64,000 nucleotides of DNA from Chlorokybus atmophyticus (lineage: Eukaryota > Plantae > Mesostigma and Chlorokybus algae). Each line of letters begins with the position of its first letter. Position 1 is the first letter of the stretch. The translations under genes and the position numbers were made by a program. The notes under the pieces are model-generated. The model was not told the DNA's origin. It saw only the letters and a program-made list of their open reading frames with translations, and searched no databases. Below are positions 24,827-39,357 of this stretch, one piece after another. The DNA is taken from positions 367,210 to 431,209 of the forward strand of contig RHPI01000026.1 of assembly GCA_009103225.1 (NCBI GenBank), read 5' to 3'.

Positions 24827-27601
24827 ATGGCGCCGTCAGCTTCTTTATTCCCGGTGGTTGCGGCGCTGCTTCCTGCGCCGACGCTGCCAACCCGCCGCCG
24901 CTCCTCACTGCAGCCAAGCAGCAGCCGACCAGCAGCAGCAGCAGGGTTGAAACCTGGCCTGAAAGCCGCATGGCAGGTAAGATGAAAACAAAGTCGTTCC
25001 TACCCTTCGTTGTTGTGTTACAGACAACACACAACACATTGTCTCATGTTTCGTTGTAGTGTGTGCATGACAACGTGTGTGATGAGCAAGGAGCTTAGCT
25101 GCACTGTGCATGTAGGCAGAATAGTGAGATTGTACTGGCATGCCAAATGTGGGTGTGTCAATCTGTGGGATACACAAGTAGCCAGCAGTACTTTAGGCTG
25201 CTTTGCTTAGTACAGTGTGTCTTTTTGACGTGTAAAGCACAGTGAGTACTAGATGCTACAAAACTAACAGTGTGCTTCTTGTCTCTCAGCCTATGCGCAG
25301 GCGGCAGACGGTGGCTGCGCTCGGGGGCTTTGAGGTGAGGTTCTCACCATGTGGATGTCGCGCGCGCGTGACCAGTTGTTAACAAACACGCAGCTATATT
25401 GCGGCAAGTCTTGTTTACAGCCGGACAGTTGAACCATGGACTTGCTTACTGCCTGCCCTCGCTGTGTGGCTAGTTAATGCTAAAAAGCAGTCTCGTGAGG
25501 TTGCTTCTTAGCTTCAATCAACCCTGGTTGCATAGCATGCATGCATGCATGCAAGCATGTTAGGCAACCAGTGCATACAAAGAACGCAAGCAAACAATTT
25601 CAGCAGCATATAAGGCGTCTTGAATTCTGCTACCAGCAGTCTAACGTCAGGCATCATGTAAGCTTTGCTTGTGTGTGATGATTGATCAAAACATCTTCAT
25701 TTTCATTTTCATTGCAGGTGAGCACGACGACGCTGTGGATTCTGGCTTTCTCTGCAACGCCTTTCCTGGCGGTGAAGGCACTGGCCGGCAGCGACCTCGG
25801 CCGGCAGCTCAACGAGCGCATGCAGCGTCGCAAAGCTGAGGTCGAAGCCGCCAAACCAGAGGTGTATATAATTACTGGCTTCTCCTTGGGATCTGGTTGT
25901 GGGGTAATGTCATGCTGAGTTGAGTTCCGACCATTGGGCTGTGTTATAGGTTGAGGCTGCTCAGGCAGAAGCTCGAGAGGGAAGGTGAGCTTGGTGCGCG
26001 TGCGATTGCTTGTATGCACACACCACATGTGGACACGCACACAAACACACGCATGCGCACACAGATGCGTGCATGCGAGCATATGCACTCAGACACAGTG
26101 TTTGCATGCATGCGTAAGTGGGCGTAGTTGCGCATACATGCTATTGCGTGCGTGCATATGGGCGAGCGCTTGGATGGACTCGTGTATGTGTGCGTATGCA
26201 TGTGTGTGTCGTTGCTGAGAAGGTGACTGCAGACCATAACTGACTGAGAGCAGCAGTTTGGTTGACACTACGTCACTCTCTCTTTGCTACGTGCAATCCA
26301 GCGCAGCCCATGGTACGGCTCGGAGCGGCCCAAGTTCATGGGCCCGATAGACTGGTCGTATCCGTCATGGCTGGATGGCACCGCTCCCGGTGACTACGGC
26401 TATGACTGGCTCGGGCTTGCAAAGGAACCCAAGGCGTTTGACAGAAACTTCGAGTGAGCGGCTGTTGTTATTAAATTCAAGGCGCTACTGATCCCATTGA
26501 TACTGATAACACAAGAACAACGGTATTCGTGGCTCACTTGATTGGTTTGCTTCAATGTTTGCTTTTGTGCACAAGGTTTGAGATTCTTCACTCACGGTGG
26601 GCGATGCTTGGGGCGCTCGGCGTTGTCATACCTGAGATTCTTCAGTACACCAATGCTTCACAGTTCAGTGAATCTGTCTGGTGGAAGGTATGACATACTC
26701 ACGCCCGCACCCGCATGCATGCACGCTCGCACACATGCAGATATACATGCGCATACCTGCACATAATATGTTCACACAGACACAGCCATGCACACACGTA
26801 TGCAAGTATCTTGCTTGTATAATCAGCCTGCATGTTCGTTGACGACCAGGTGGGCAAGGCCAAGCTGGAGGGCGACACGTTGGACTACCTCGGCATTGAG
26901 GGGCTGCACATTGCCGGCGCTCAAGGGGTCCTGATCATCGCCATCTGCCAGGTTTGTCCCCCTAATGGATGTTGTGCGTAATGCGCACGCACTCACATAC
27001 ACATGATGCGAGATGATGCCCTTCAAATAAAGAGCAACTTACTCTCACAGGTTGTCTGTGGTTTTGTCACCCTGTTGATGGTCTCATATCTGTTGGGATG
27101 TTGCAGGTGTTTCTGATGTTGGGTCCAGAGTATGCGCGCGCATGCGGGATCAACGCGTTGGAACCGCTTGGCATCTACCTGCCTGGCGACAAGAACTACC
27201 CCGGCGGCGTCTTCGACCCCCTCAGACTCACATCCGACCCTGCCTCTTTTGAAGAGCTCAAGGTACTGTTACACAGCATGCATGGGTGGTTTGTGTTCCA
27301 ACTACATGTTGGTATGTTGTGCTTCCGTTTTGTGCATAGCAGTGTGTGAGTACCTGCACTGTGCATGTACCCCAACATCATGCTGTTGTTGCGCTTTGCA
27401 GTTGCCACTTATAGTGCAATTATAATCAGTCATGCTGCATACTTTGTGCAGGTCAAGGAGCTCAAGAATGGTCGGCTTGCGATGGTTGCATGGGCGGGGT
27501 TTTACGCGCAGGCGGTTGTCACGCAAGACGGCCCTGTAAAGAACCTGCTCGACTTCCTCGCCGATCCTGCGCACAACAACGTGCTCAAGTACTTGCGTTG
27601 A
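24827..27601 (+). CDS. LHCB7: Light-harvesting chlorophyll a/b-binding protein Lhcb7, multi-exon
   Basis: [99 protein letters not shown] and [13 protein letters not shown]. The extended N-terminal hydrophobic segment is typical of Lhcb7. Confidence 0.93.
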
Positions 27602-28917
27602 GGGATCATGTCAAATGGGTTAGGGCGTGGGTGCCAACATGTGTATATACATGTGGTTTGTGACTGATGTCGTAGCATACAGCTGAATTGCACATACATG
27701 GTGCATTGTGCATAGCACTGCATGAGCTTTGCTCTATTTTGCGTATACATGCATGCATGCAGTCTCTGTCTATGAAATTTGTTGCTTCTGTGATTATTGC
27801 GCGTGCTTGGATGCTGCGTGCTAGCACCTTCTTATGTCGGATTGTGGAGACACCTGCGGACTGGTACGTTGCTAATGACGTGCTGCAAGCACTGTACACA
27901 AGTCAGTCATGTCAGTTATCAGTGAAACACCAGGGGCCATATCATGGCCAGCAGCGCCAGCTCCTGCGTAGGCGACGACCCAGTAAGGGGCTCTGTGGGG
28001 TTCACATCGAAGTTGCGACTATCCACAGCTATGCTTTGCTTCCTGCCTGTACCAAACATCCTATCCCAACAGTGTGACACGCAACTGGTAAAGTTTCTGA
28101 GCTCCCTGGACGCGACTTCTGACCTGAAGCTGGGCGCCTGTGCCGCTGGGCCCATCCACCCTGCAGGCGGACACTGTTTTGACGGTAGACTCGTGCAGTA
28201 GCATCAAGCGCGGCCGCAATGCAGCGCATGAACAACTGTCGTATCATCAACAAGCGAGAAGGGTCCAAAACGCATTCCACAACCATCACATACAACAACA
28301 GGCGTAGGATCACAATACACGTGCATGTGACTGCGTGCATGCTGCGTGCATAATGCAGTGCGGATGACAGTGTGAGGTGTGGCAGTGTTTGAGCACTGGT
28401 ATGTTGATAATGATGTTGTATGATAAAGTGCTGTGAACTAATTATACTGCAACCCATGCACTCCTGCCATTAAGCTAAATGATAATCTTGCACTGAAGCC
28501 GAAACTCTCAACACATATTCTGTTAGTGCATAGCTAGCCTAGGGAGTTCCCTTGGCTTGTCGTTCTGTGGGTGCTGTTGCTGTACTTGCTGCTCTTGTGC
28601 TTGTTGATGCAAGCATTGCTGTGCCTACCTTGTATTTTGTGTACACAAGTTGCAACGGGGATGTGTATCCTTGCTGTGCCACACACCCATATCACTTGCA
28701 CGCAACGAGAGATGGATGCCTGTGAGCTGGAGATGAATTGGAGCGCTTGGATTATTGCTTTCCGCCAGTGCACGTCTGTACCAGTCCAGAAAGCGCAGAC
28801 CACTGGAACTACGGCACTTGCCGCGGCAGCAGTGTACCCATGTCCTGTGTACCCATGCCCTATTCGCACATGCAAATTTCGCAGCATGCGGCACCCGAGG
28901 AAAGTGCCAATGCAAAT

Positions 28918-29537
<620 letters not shown>

Positions 29538-30122
29538 NAGTCACGCAGACAGCATGCAAATTGGCGACCAGGACTCCCCCTCCCTCTCTCCCTGGCTCCG
29601 CCCCCTTCCTCGCCCTCTGCTAGGGACGCAGCGGGGATTGCTGGGTTGTGTCGAAGTTGCGTTGCACTGCCGACGTCAGCAGTGCCTGGTCCAGTGCCCT
29701 CAACACAGGTTGTGCTGTGTTCGGTTCGGGTGCTGGGCTTGTGTGTGTGTGTGTGTGTGTATAGGGTATGTGAAGTGCTGTGTGTAGAGAAAATGCAAGT
29801 GATCATGATACATGCAACATGCATGACACATGCCTTGTTCACCAAGCTCATCATCATGCAATGATTATTTACCACCGGGGTCTACCTATACTAGCCACAT
29901 GTAACTATTGTAACTACTGCCTTCAACCCCCATCAGACATACATGCATGAATTTGCTCATTATCTGTATACAAGGCGTCACAACACGCTAGCTTGCGGCA
30001 CAGCTTCAGGCGAGGCAGCAGCAGACAGCAGACGGACTCCCCCTCCTCTCTCTTCCTCTCTTTCCGCCATGCTCCTCCTTCCTCCGCTGCCTCCTCTCCC
30101 TGTGACCTTGCTGCAACGGCTT

Positions 30123-30311
30123 GCGTGTGCGTGTGCGAGAGCGCGTGCGCGAGAGCGCGTGCGCGAGAGCGCGAGAGAGCGCGAGAGCGCGTGCGCGAGC
30201 GAGCGCGAGAGAGAGCGAGAGCCAGCGAGAGCGAGAGCGAGCGAGCGAGCGAGCGAGAGAGAGCGAGAGAGAGAGCGCGAGCGCGAGCGAGAGCGAGAGC
30301 GAGAGCGAGAG

Positions 30312-30401
<90 letters not shown>
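30123..30401. repeat. Compound (GA/GC)n microsatellite ending in pure (GA)n (30315-30401)
   Basis: GCGT/GCGA-interrupted units grade into about 43 perfect GA units. Confidence 0.92.
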
Positions 30402-30405
<4 letters not shown>

Positions 30406-30533
30406 TCACCAGAATCGTGCACAAAAGCTACAGGTGCCATGGCGCTTAGACTACAAGTTGAATCGAAGCAACAAATCAAACAGCACATACCACACTTCTG
30501 TTTGCACAACCGTAGTGACATGACTAGTCAGTG

Positions 30534-33500
30534 CTAGCGCTTGCGGGATTCGATGTACACCGCAGCTATTGTGATACCGATGGCGGCTATGATGCCGATG
30601 GTCGGCAGCCAGCTGGTCCATGTAGAGGTGTGGTAACCCTGCTCATCATCACCTTCCTCCTCAGCCCTACGCGCATGGCCAAGGTTGCCACCAGGCCCGG
30701 CAACATTCCTGCTCACGCGCTGCTGGTCATCTTGATGGTGCTCCTCACGTGTATTGCCAACGGCTTGCTTCGCACGGCTTTGCTGTGTCTGCTGCTGTTG
30801 TTGTTGCTGCTGACTTGATTGTGTCTGCTGCTGCTGACTCTGCTGCTGCTGCTGCTGCTGCTGACTTTGCTGCTTCTGCTTGTCGTTGTTGTCATTAATG
30901 TTGCTGTTGGTGTTGGTGATGTTGGTGTTGTTGGTGGCGTCAAGGGACTTGCGCACGCTCGCGTCCGTGGCAAAGCGCAAGCCGACGGACTTGAGCTTTT
31001 GAAGGCTCGCACAAGGCGGCTGTTCCCTCACAATTTTCGCGAGGGCCGCATACTCCTCAGGCTTCCCGCCTTCGAGGAACGCGCCGACAACACAGCCATC
31101 CTTCACCCAGTATGCACCAATGGGGTGCTCGACGAGGCCGGACTCAGTCTCGTCAGCGTACACCACCGCGTCACCAACGTTCTGGCCATAGAACTGCCAC
31201 GCCAGCGAGAACACACGCGAGTAGAAGTACGGCATGTAGTCGTAAGGCTTGGTGTTGGCTGGATCCAGGATCGCTGACACGGCCTGCACTGCGGACTTAC
31301 GCGCGTGATCCACATGCTCCACGCGCGTGAGCTCACCGCCTTTTAGCTTCAACGGGAATGCCGCCACATCCCCTACCTGCGCAATAAGTAGCACTGATCA
31401 GCGTCACGACTGCATCCATAACAAGTTGTGAAACACATACGACCATTATCCCTCTGACTACTCTATCTGCACCATCGGAAAGCAATGTCGCTTAGCTGCA
31501 TGCATATGAGATAAAAAGAGAAAACATGCCTATGGTGCATATTACCGCATAGATATTGGGTATGCTTGTGCGCATGTTGCTGTCCACAATGATGCAGCCA
31601 GCTTCGTTCGTGTCAAGCTGGCCAGCCACCAGGCTCGTGTTGGGTGCAGCGCCGACACCAACAATCACAAGGTCCGCGGGCAGCTTCTGACCGTTCTTGC
31701 AAGTCACGCCCACCGCCTGTTACATGACTGGTTTGTGTACGTTTATTGCTAATGATTGAGTGTGTTGCGGCAATCCTCAAAGCAACTACTCTGCTGCCAC
31801 GTCAATCTTCAATACTATTCATAAGCAAGCGCATGAGTGCACAATGCCGTAGTGGAGACAGTACCATGCACTGTTCTCGTTAGCTGTGGCATAACATAAC
31901 TGTGCGACAGAACAATAGTTACTTCACACCAAACCATCAGCAAAGTACTGCAGTCCAAACTCTGTCGTGGGTTACCTTGCCTTCCTTGTCGACATCAATG
32001 GCGGTCACGACAGTTCCCTTGACAAACTGCACTCCTTTCTGCTGGTAGTAGAACTCATAGAAGTCTGCTATCTCCTTGTTGAACAACCTGGGCACTGCAA
32101 AAAAAGAAGCAACTGTTAGCAGGAACAGTCATGATAACCAAGCAAGTCGAACTCCAGTGCATTATAAGCAGTGCACGCATACTCCTTACGCGTTGCAACC
32201 GTGATGTGTCATGCAGCCAACATAGTATGTCGGACCAGTACCAAATCTAACACTTACTGAGATGAGGTTCCGGAAACACCATAGTTGTGTTGAGTCCATT
32301 CACAACAAGTCCCGCTGTGCATTCCATCCCAATGTAGCCGCCACCAACAACGACAGCCTTGCCATTGGGATGCGACTTCATCGCTGCAACAATCTCGTCG
32401 GCATGCTGAACCCCGCGCAAGTAGAACACGTTCTTGGCATCAGCGTTCTTTACTCCAAAACTTTCAAGCTTTACCACCTGGAAGAAGACATAAGATAACA
32501 CATTACGACACATTATGACAGGATACTGCGCTCTCCACAACACCATTGATTGATAAGTGACACTACTGGCAACCCACATGACACACTTTGCTGGTTGCTT
32601 GGGGATGGACAGTGTACCAGGTTGTGCGTTTATAATCACTCACCACTGATCCAGGGGCGTAGATCAAGTTGTCAAACTTTATGGACTCTCCTGTCTCCAG
32701 CGCAACGGAATGCTTTGCAGCATCGACCATAAGCACGGACTTCCCAAGCAGCAGGGTGATGCCTGCAACACACATGCGGCTTATCACCTACTTTGCTGGA
32801 CTACAAGCATGATTGGACAAAAAGTACTGCGCTCGGTGTGGCGCTCCTGTCTGGCAACAAAATTGACAGGCAGCAACAATTGTGTTGCTTCCTTTTCTGA
32901 TCCGTGCAACCACTACTTACCATGCTTAGCATACCAATCCGCTGTTTGCTTGTCACCACCAGTGCCTACTGTTGTGTGAAACCCTGGAAGGCGAGCGGGA
33001 TCTGCACGATGCATGCGTGCATCAGGTACTGGTACAAAAAGCATGTTTGGTAATGTCAAGCACGCCATGCCTGCCAACACACTTTGCATGTCGCAAACTT
33101 ACTTTCCTTGAAGAGGTAGCCTTTGCTCAGCGCTGGCCTCTCATACGGAGCGACCTGGGAGTTACCATCAATATGCTGGTATGAGATTCATGCAACTGGT
33201 AGTCAACATGCCATGCGACATCTTGTTCACCACAACACGAAAAACAAACTGCAATTTAACAACCAATTCCAAGTGCTGTAACCTCGTCAGATTTTAAACT
33301 ACCTTTTCCTCTGAGATGATGGCAAGCTCCCCTTTCTGGATCCCACGGTTTACAAACTCTCGAGCTGCATACCCCTATATGCGTGAGAATGTAGAAGTTC
33401 AGCACGGATGCTGTTTATGCACCAGTGCTTTGGAGCTTCCTGCCCGGTTGTGTGCGCATGCCGTTTGAGCAGCTGGATAATGCAACAGCCATTACAGCTG

Positions 33501-33693
33501 TGCATGGTGCACAAACGCCGCATGTGGGATTGCAGGTGTGCTGTGCAATGTGACATTACTCAAGCATAAGCATGACTAAGACGATAGTTTCGCCGGTGCA
33601 ATGATGGCCATCGAAGTGGATAATCGCCCTTACCGCGGCCACGCCTCCCCCGAGAATCAAATACTTGTACTGTTGCGGCGGGGGTGGCACCAT
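30534..33693 (-). CDS. MDAR4: Monodehydroascorbate reductase with C-terminal tail anchor (MDAR4-type), multi-exon
   Basis: YKYLILGGGVAAG|YAAREF, VAPYERPALSKGYL, RLPGFH, KAVVVGGGYIGME, ADLVIVGVG, RVEHVDHARKSA and YDYMPYFYSRVFSLAWQFYG. The C-terminus has an N/Q-rich linker, a TM helix (WLPTIGIIAAIGITIAAVYI) and a basic end (SRKR). An upstream exon near 34326 cannot be excluded. Confidence 0.9.
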
Positions 33694-33910
33694 CTGGACT
33701 GCTACTGCTTGACTTCAAGTGTTGCACGCAGCAGTGCACTGTGCAGTGTCCTGCAAAACCGCGAGCGAAGCAATCGGTAGCAAGCATAGCCATGTGGCAG
33801 CATAGCCATACAGGAGCACACTTTGGCAATCGCTTACAATACCAGCATACCGCAAGGACGTATGATAAAAGTAGTAAGTCAAGGACTAACTGATTGCAAA
33901 GCACGCATGT

Positions 33911-34087
33911 CCGCCCCCATGCAGCGTGACCAGATAACCCATGCATATGAGAAGCCAGCAAACCTGAACTCGCTTGCTCCCACAGACAAACACGCATGCA
34001 GACAAAGTAAACACCACCACTACAACAGGAGGAAGGGTTTGCCCCAACGGTCACATGCGGACATGCACGCACCACCGCCACTGCCGC
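33911..34087. repeat. Copy A of a diverged ~170-bp direct repeat (copy B at 36166-36323)
   Basis: Shared blocks ATGCAGCGTGAyCAGmTAACCCATGCATrTGA, GACAAACAyGCATGCrGACAAAG, TGCGGACATGCACGCAyCAC and ACTGCCGC occur in the same order. Confidence 0.75.
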
Positions 34088-36165
34088 AGCCGCCAAACCC
34101 ACCTTGGAGCCGGTGCAGCACACCAAACCTCCAGCAATCACCTCCCCAACCACCAGGCCAAACAAGTTGACGACACGGCGACACAGCCCAACCAACTCCT
34201 CAACCGCGCCGCCGCATCCACCGCCTCCACAAGAGCTTGACGTACAGCTGAACTAACCCAACAACCGATGGTGCGGATGCTTGCAGAAGTGAAAGCAATG
34301 CCTTCTAGAAGCTTGCACGAAGCCATAGATACTCGACATATTTGTCCGCAGCCGTGGCAACCTGGCTGACGTGTCGATCTTATTGAAAGCGGATTGCACG
34401 GATATCGCTACTCTGCTAGTTTATCGAGCAGACGAGAAACTTGCAAAGGCCCAAGCCGGTTGAAGTTTGGGATGCGGCAGGCGGCGGCGGCGGAGGAGGA
34501 GGCTAGGAACGGGGAGGAGGAGGATCATGACGATCGGGGGAAAGATATCTAAGGGAGTGTTGTCTGTTCCAGGCTGCGGAGGGGTTTGTTTGGTGGCTTT
34601 TGCCTCAGTTGACACGGTGAGGTCTGTTGCGCAAGTGTGGCTGGCAGGTCAGCTGTGGAGGGCGATGTACACTCCACAACAAGATTGGGGCACGTTTGAC
34701 ACAATTGTATATAGCACAATCGCATCTCTGCTTGGCAAAAATCGGTTCGCATTGCAATATCGTACAAGCATTTCATGCGTGCTGTGGCGATTATTTGGTC
34801 AAATGCAGGGTTGCGAGCGGTGGCAAACCCTCTTAGACCCTTCTGAGTGCTTGCGGTTGTCAGCTGTCCTACCCCCAAGCCGCTCAATGGTTGCACTTAA
34901 ACAATGAGACGATCGGCCACTGGAAAGATCGCTGACGGATCAAACAGCTTGGTACAAAGCTGCTGTGGATCGAGACAAGCTTCGGCTCAACTACTCTCGC
35001 TTGCAAATGATGTTGGACACCGCAGTAGAGCTGTGTGTATGCATTGCAACTTAGCAAAAAAATGAGTTGTCCCAACCATGCGGATCTATGCATATTCAAC
35101 CTTTCAGCAAATCGCTTGGACGCTATTTTAATGGAGCAGCTATCCACCATGTTATAAATAAGACGTCTACTTCGTCTTCAAACTCTAAGTCACGTGTTAC
35201 ATGGTTGCTTGTAATCGTCATTGAAACCTTTTAAATCATGGTGCTTTTAACACAACTAAAATTGTGTGCAGTTCAAGTACGTACTTGTTTGAAACCAGCT
35301 AAGTGCAACTATGCAACAGCAATAAAATTTAAATTTGCGGCGAGTCAGCATTGATCGCCCTTGGGAACACCCAAACAACATGTTGATTGCTAAAATGTTG
35401 TACAAGATTACACACACCCAAGAATGGTTGGTGGACTCTGGTTGGTGGATTTCTTGTATTGATACTGCGTCAAAGAAGTTCGAAGGGCATGTCAATGCAA
35501 GGGCAGCCTTAGAACGCGAGATGGGCAAAGCTATAGTTAACTTCTTAGACCATGGTAACGTTGTTGCATGCAACTATCGGAACAAGTGTAAATTGAAGGA
35601 CATGTGGGCGAGTTGGATTGTTTAATGGCAGGAACGCGCAAGTATACTTGGGAATACGTTGTGGTGATTAAAGAGGTTAAAAACAACATGGTCAACAAGC
35701 ATTGCGACACAGTTGGACAACTTAAAGGCAACATCTATCGTTAAAAATTATTATGCCAGTTGACCCACTTGCCTAACCAATCTCATATGAAGACCGGGCC
35801 ATGGTTATGGATTGCTTTGAGCTGCAAGTTGCGTAATTGCGTGGCTTTGCAGTGTTGCGGGCGCTTGGGGGTGCAATGTTCTCATCAAGTGTGGACAGCT
35901 TTTGCACTCATTAACTCGGGCGTAAACTATGGCTTAACTCATCATAAGGTAAAACATGATGGTGCGGCAGCAACAGTTGTGCAGAAGTGTGGTATCTAAA
36001 TGCACAAGCACTTTTGTCTCATGCATTTAGCAAGAAGTGGTAGCCATGGGCAACCATGCAAGCATAATGGCAGCGTAGTCACATCAGCAATCGCTGGCCA
36101 TGTTACGCAAAGAGTAGAGTTGTAATGACGGACCAGTTAAGTGCATAAGATATAAGCACATCCAT

Positions 36166-36323
36166 CCCCAATGCAGCGTGATCAGCTAACCCATGCATGT
36201 GAAAGCTGAGAGGAACTTGCACACTCAAGTGACAAACATGCATGCGGACAAAGCACCACCATCATAACAACGAGGTTAACCCAAGGGTGCGGACATGCAC
36301 GCATCACAACCAGCAACTGCCGC
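36166..36323. repeat. Copy B of the diverged direct repeat (copy A at 33911-34087)
   Basis: Same conserved blocks as copy A, with indels between them. Confidence 0.75.
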
Positions 36324-39300
36324 TGTTATCAACCCACTTGGAGCACTGCATGGCATGCGTAATGACGCGTCGCGCTTCCACTCAAAACCTCTCAAACAAG
36401 GTAACAACATGCTTAGCATGTAATGGAGTGCTACCTCTATTGAGGTTACCCGCCCGTATTAAACTAAGGGTCCCAACGAGTAAACAGCCAATTAAACCGT
36501 ATTGGGGCCGTTAACCTAGTGTTAAGTTGCAAATGCAGTGCTACTTATTGTAACACTGATATCGGCATGAGATTCGAGCCTCACGCGGATATCAGCCTCA
36601 TAGCGGCGCTGCTAACGCAGCCGCCGCCATAGCCAGAGGATCTTTGGCTCTGGCAGCGGCGGCGGTGTGGTCGGCGTGGCTGGTGGTGGTGCAGGGTAGG
36701 GGATTAGAGGGAGGAGGTGCACTCCCCTCCTGACACCGCACACAACCAACACCTGCATCGCGCCGCAACATCTAGATATGATGAGTTTTGACTCTCGGTG
36801 GATCCAGTCAAAACTCATTTTAGCGATTAGGCAATTATTGGCATGCTTCGACGCGTAGCGGTAAGCGGTGATGTGACTACAGCGTACTGTGCACAAGGCT
36901 CCAGGATTCTAGGACGGAATTGGTTGCATTCAAAAGGGGAGGTGACAAGCTCGAACTGCAATTTGGATAGGTTTCATAACACTCCAAAGTATAGTCATCA
37001 CTCGAGCCATGCACAGCCAGCTCACTTGTACATCAGCTGCACAAGCCTGCTGTAATAGGCATCGCTGTCTACGCATGTACACATTAGCCAATATCAATTA
37101 TAAAACATTCAGTTGAGGTCACATCAACACTTGCTTTGGTGCTTTGCAACACCGAGGGGTGCTCTCTTGCTTGCGCAGGGCCTGGATCATGTGCAGGTTA
37201 TGGCGCTGCTTTTTATGCTTCCTTAGCTCGGGTTTAGACTCCTCCGCCTCATCGTCACCATCTCCGGCAGTTGACTGCGCCACATGGATCTGCTGTCGCA
37301 TATGCTTGATCCTGTTCCTCCCTTAACCTCTCTCTGTCAGCAACAACAGCACCGCCTCCCAAGCACCACCAAAGTCACTTGTGAGATATAGACAGATCTC
37401 ACACGGATGCTGGTTGAGGCCGCGGCTGCTCCTTTTCAGACTCCTGCGAATACCACTCTTGTTGGGGGATAGGCTTTATCCAAGCGGCTTGCTGGCCTGC
37501 GTGCTTCGCGGTGGTAGAAGTGTTGGCCTTGCCTTCTGACAATATGCGTCTCTGCCTCCACGGTCCTCCTCATCCTCCAGCTTCGGGAGGCCCGTGCGTG
37601 GCAAGAATAGGTACATCCCCGTTTGAACCCCCCTAGCGCTTCTGTGGCCCTAAAAGCTTCAAGGTTTGGCGGTTGAACTTTAAGCTTAGCATGTCTTTTG
37701 CGCGTGCCTCCACTAGCTCCTATGATACACATGCATTAACACCACTCACTCCCTTGCAAGCTGGTGCAATGCGCAACCTAGACGCACTGGACCAGAGATG
37801 GAGTTTGCAAAAGCTGCTAAGGAAAATAGCGTGAGCAATGTGACATGAGGCGAGGTACCTGTGGTAAGGATCGGTCCTCACCTCAACTGCAGTGCGGACC
37901 TCTGCTAGTGGGTAGCAGCTGCTCATTGCCGTCCTCCTTGTAGCCCTTTCATCGCCTGCTGATGGCCTTCATGGATTTGCTTAATGAGATTGGGCGCAGC
38001 ATCGCGCACCTGCTCGACATGTTTCGCCAAACAGTTGTAGAGCGAGGGCGGTCTGACCATGGGATTGCCGTCGGCGCAAGCATGATCGGACCCGTTTAAT
38101 GCACAGGTTGTCAGCCTCTACCCCTGCGTTTAAGCTTTTTGTTTTCCTTATCCGCTACACTGGCACACGAGCAACCCACTACCAGTAAGCGCACTCGTGC
38201 AGATTATACAAGTGTCAGCATTGAGATTTTAGATAGCAACATTTGCATGCTGCTAGTAAGTACTCACGGCGTACAATGCAGTAGCAGCATGCAAAGCGGA
38301 ACAGGCACACAAATTGACAGTCCGGATAATGCTGCTTTTTATATCACAGATAAAACGGCATGCATGCTGCCCTCTTTTGTCCGATACGTCGAGACAGATG
38401 CATTGCTTGCTTGATTAAACGCAAGAAACACTGACACACAACAGATGAGTTGAATGTGACAATGGCACTTATCGACAGCTGTGCGGCTAGACGGTTACGC
38501 CGTGGTGGAAGAAGAGGCGGGCAACAACGTGAACGATCGCGTGTGTGGGCATCCTGTTGAAGCAGTGCTGGTTGATTTCACACCAATATAGATCTACACA
38601 ACCGCGCTTGTGGTTTGAGGTTGAGTCCATAATGAAGTCAAAAAGCAGAAGTCCATTTCACCAGCAAGCTTGCTGTCGCGAACCGCACAAGCAACGCCAA
38701 CAAAAACAATAAGGCTTACAATGCCACGCAGAGTGCAAAAGTGAGTATAGGGAGGGTGTTGCTGTTCACCTGTTTCATCGGAAGCCTTCAGCATGGGGAC
38801 GGCGGGACTAGCGGCGGGAGGTGGAAGCTCATGCGTCTGAAGACGCGGACAATGACTTGGCTGCAGCTTCGACGACGAAAGTAACTATTTAATCTCAGGC
38901 TACAATGAGAGCGGCGCACTCACTGTGGCAGAGAAGCAGGTAGGCGCTGCCAGACCTAGGTGGTCTTCGAGCCATCTGAGTCTGAGAGCTGCGGGGTCAA
39001 AGCTTCCGCCATCTGCCTCATCGTCGGCACAGTCGCTTGCTGCACCTGGAGTATGCTGCATAGAGCATAGAGCAATGGCATGCAGTCTCTGTGTCACAGG
39101 CTGTGACTCACAGCATGGCTCGCCGCGGCTTATTCGAACGCCAATGCCATGTTTTCTAATCGGACGATCCTTCGTGTCCCACGATAGCACCGCCTCGTAC
39201 AGGTGTTTGGTGTAAGATGTAAATCAGGGCTGATTAGGCCAGGCGGTCCGGGACGGACCAGGCCGGACGGCGACGCTTTGTCTCGGAGAGCCGTAGCGAC

Positions 39301-39357
39301 AGCTGGAGATCTAGTGGAAGCTGCTTAGTGGCTGGTGAGTGTTCAGGGAGCTTCAGC

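Noticed and set aside
29943-30537. RERE/SLSL ORFs
   Set aside because: Translations of the (GA)n/(GC) compound microsatellite.
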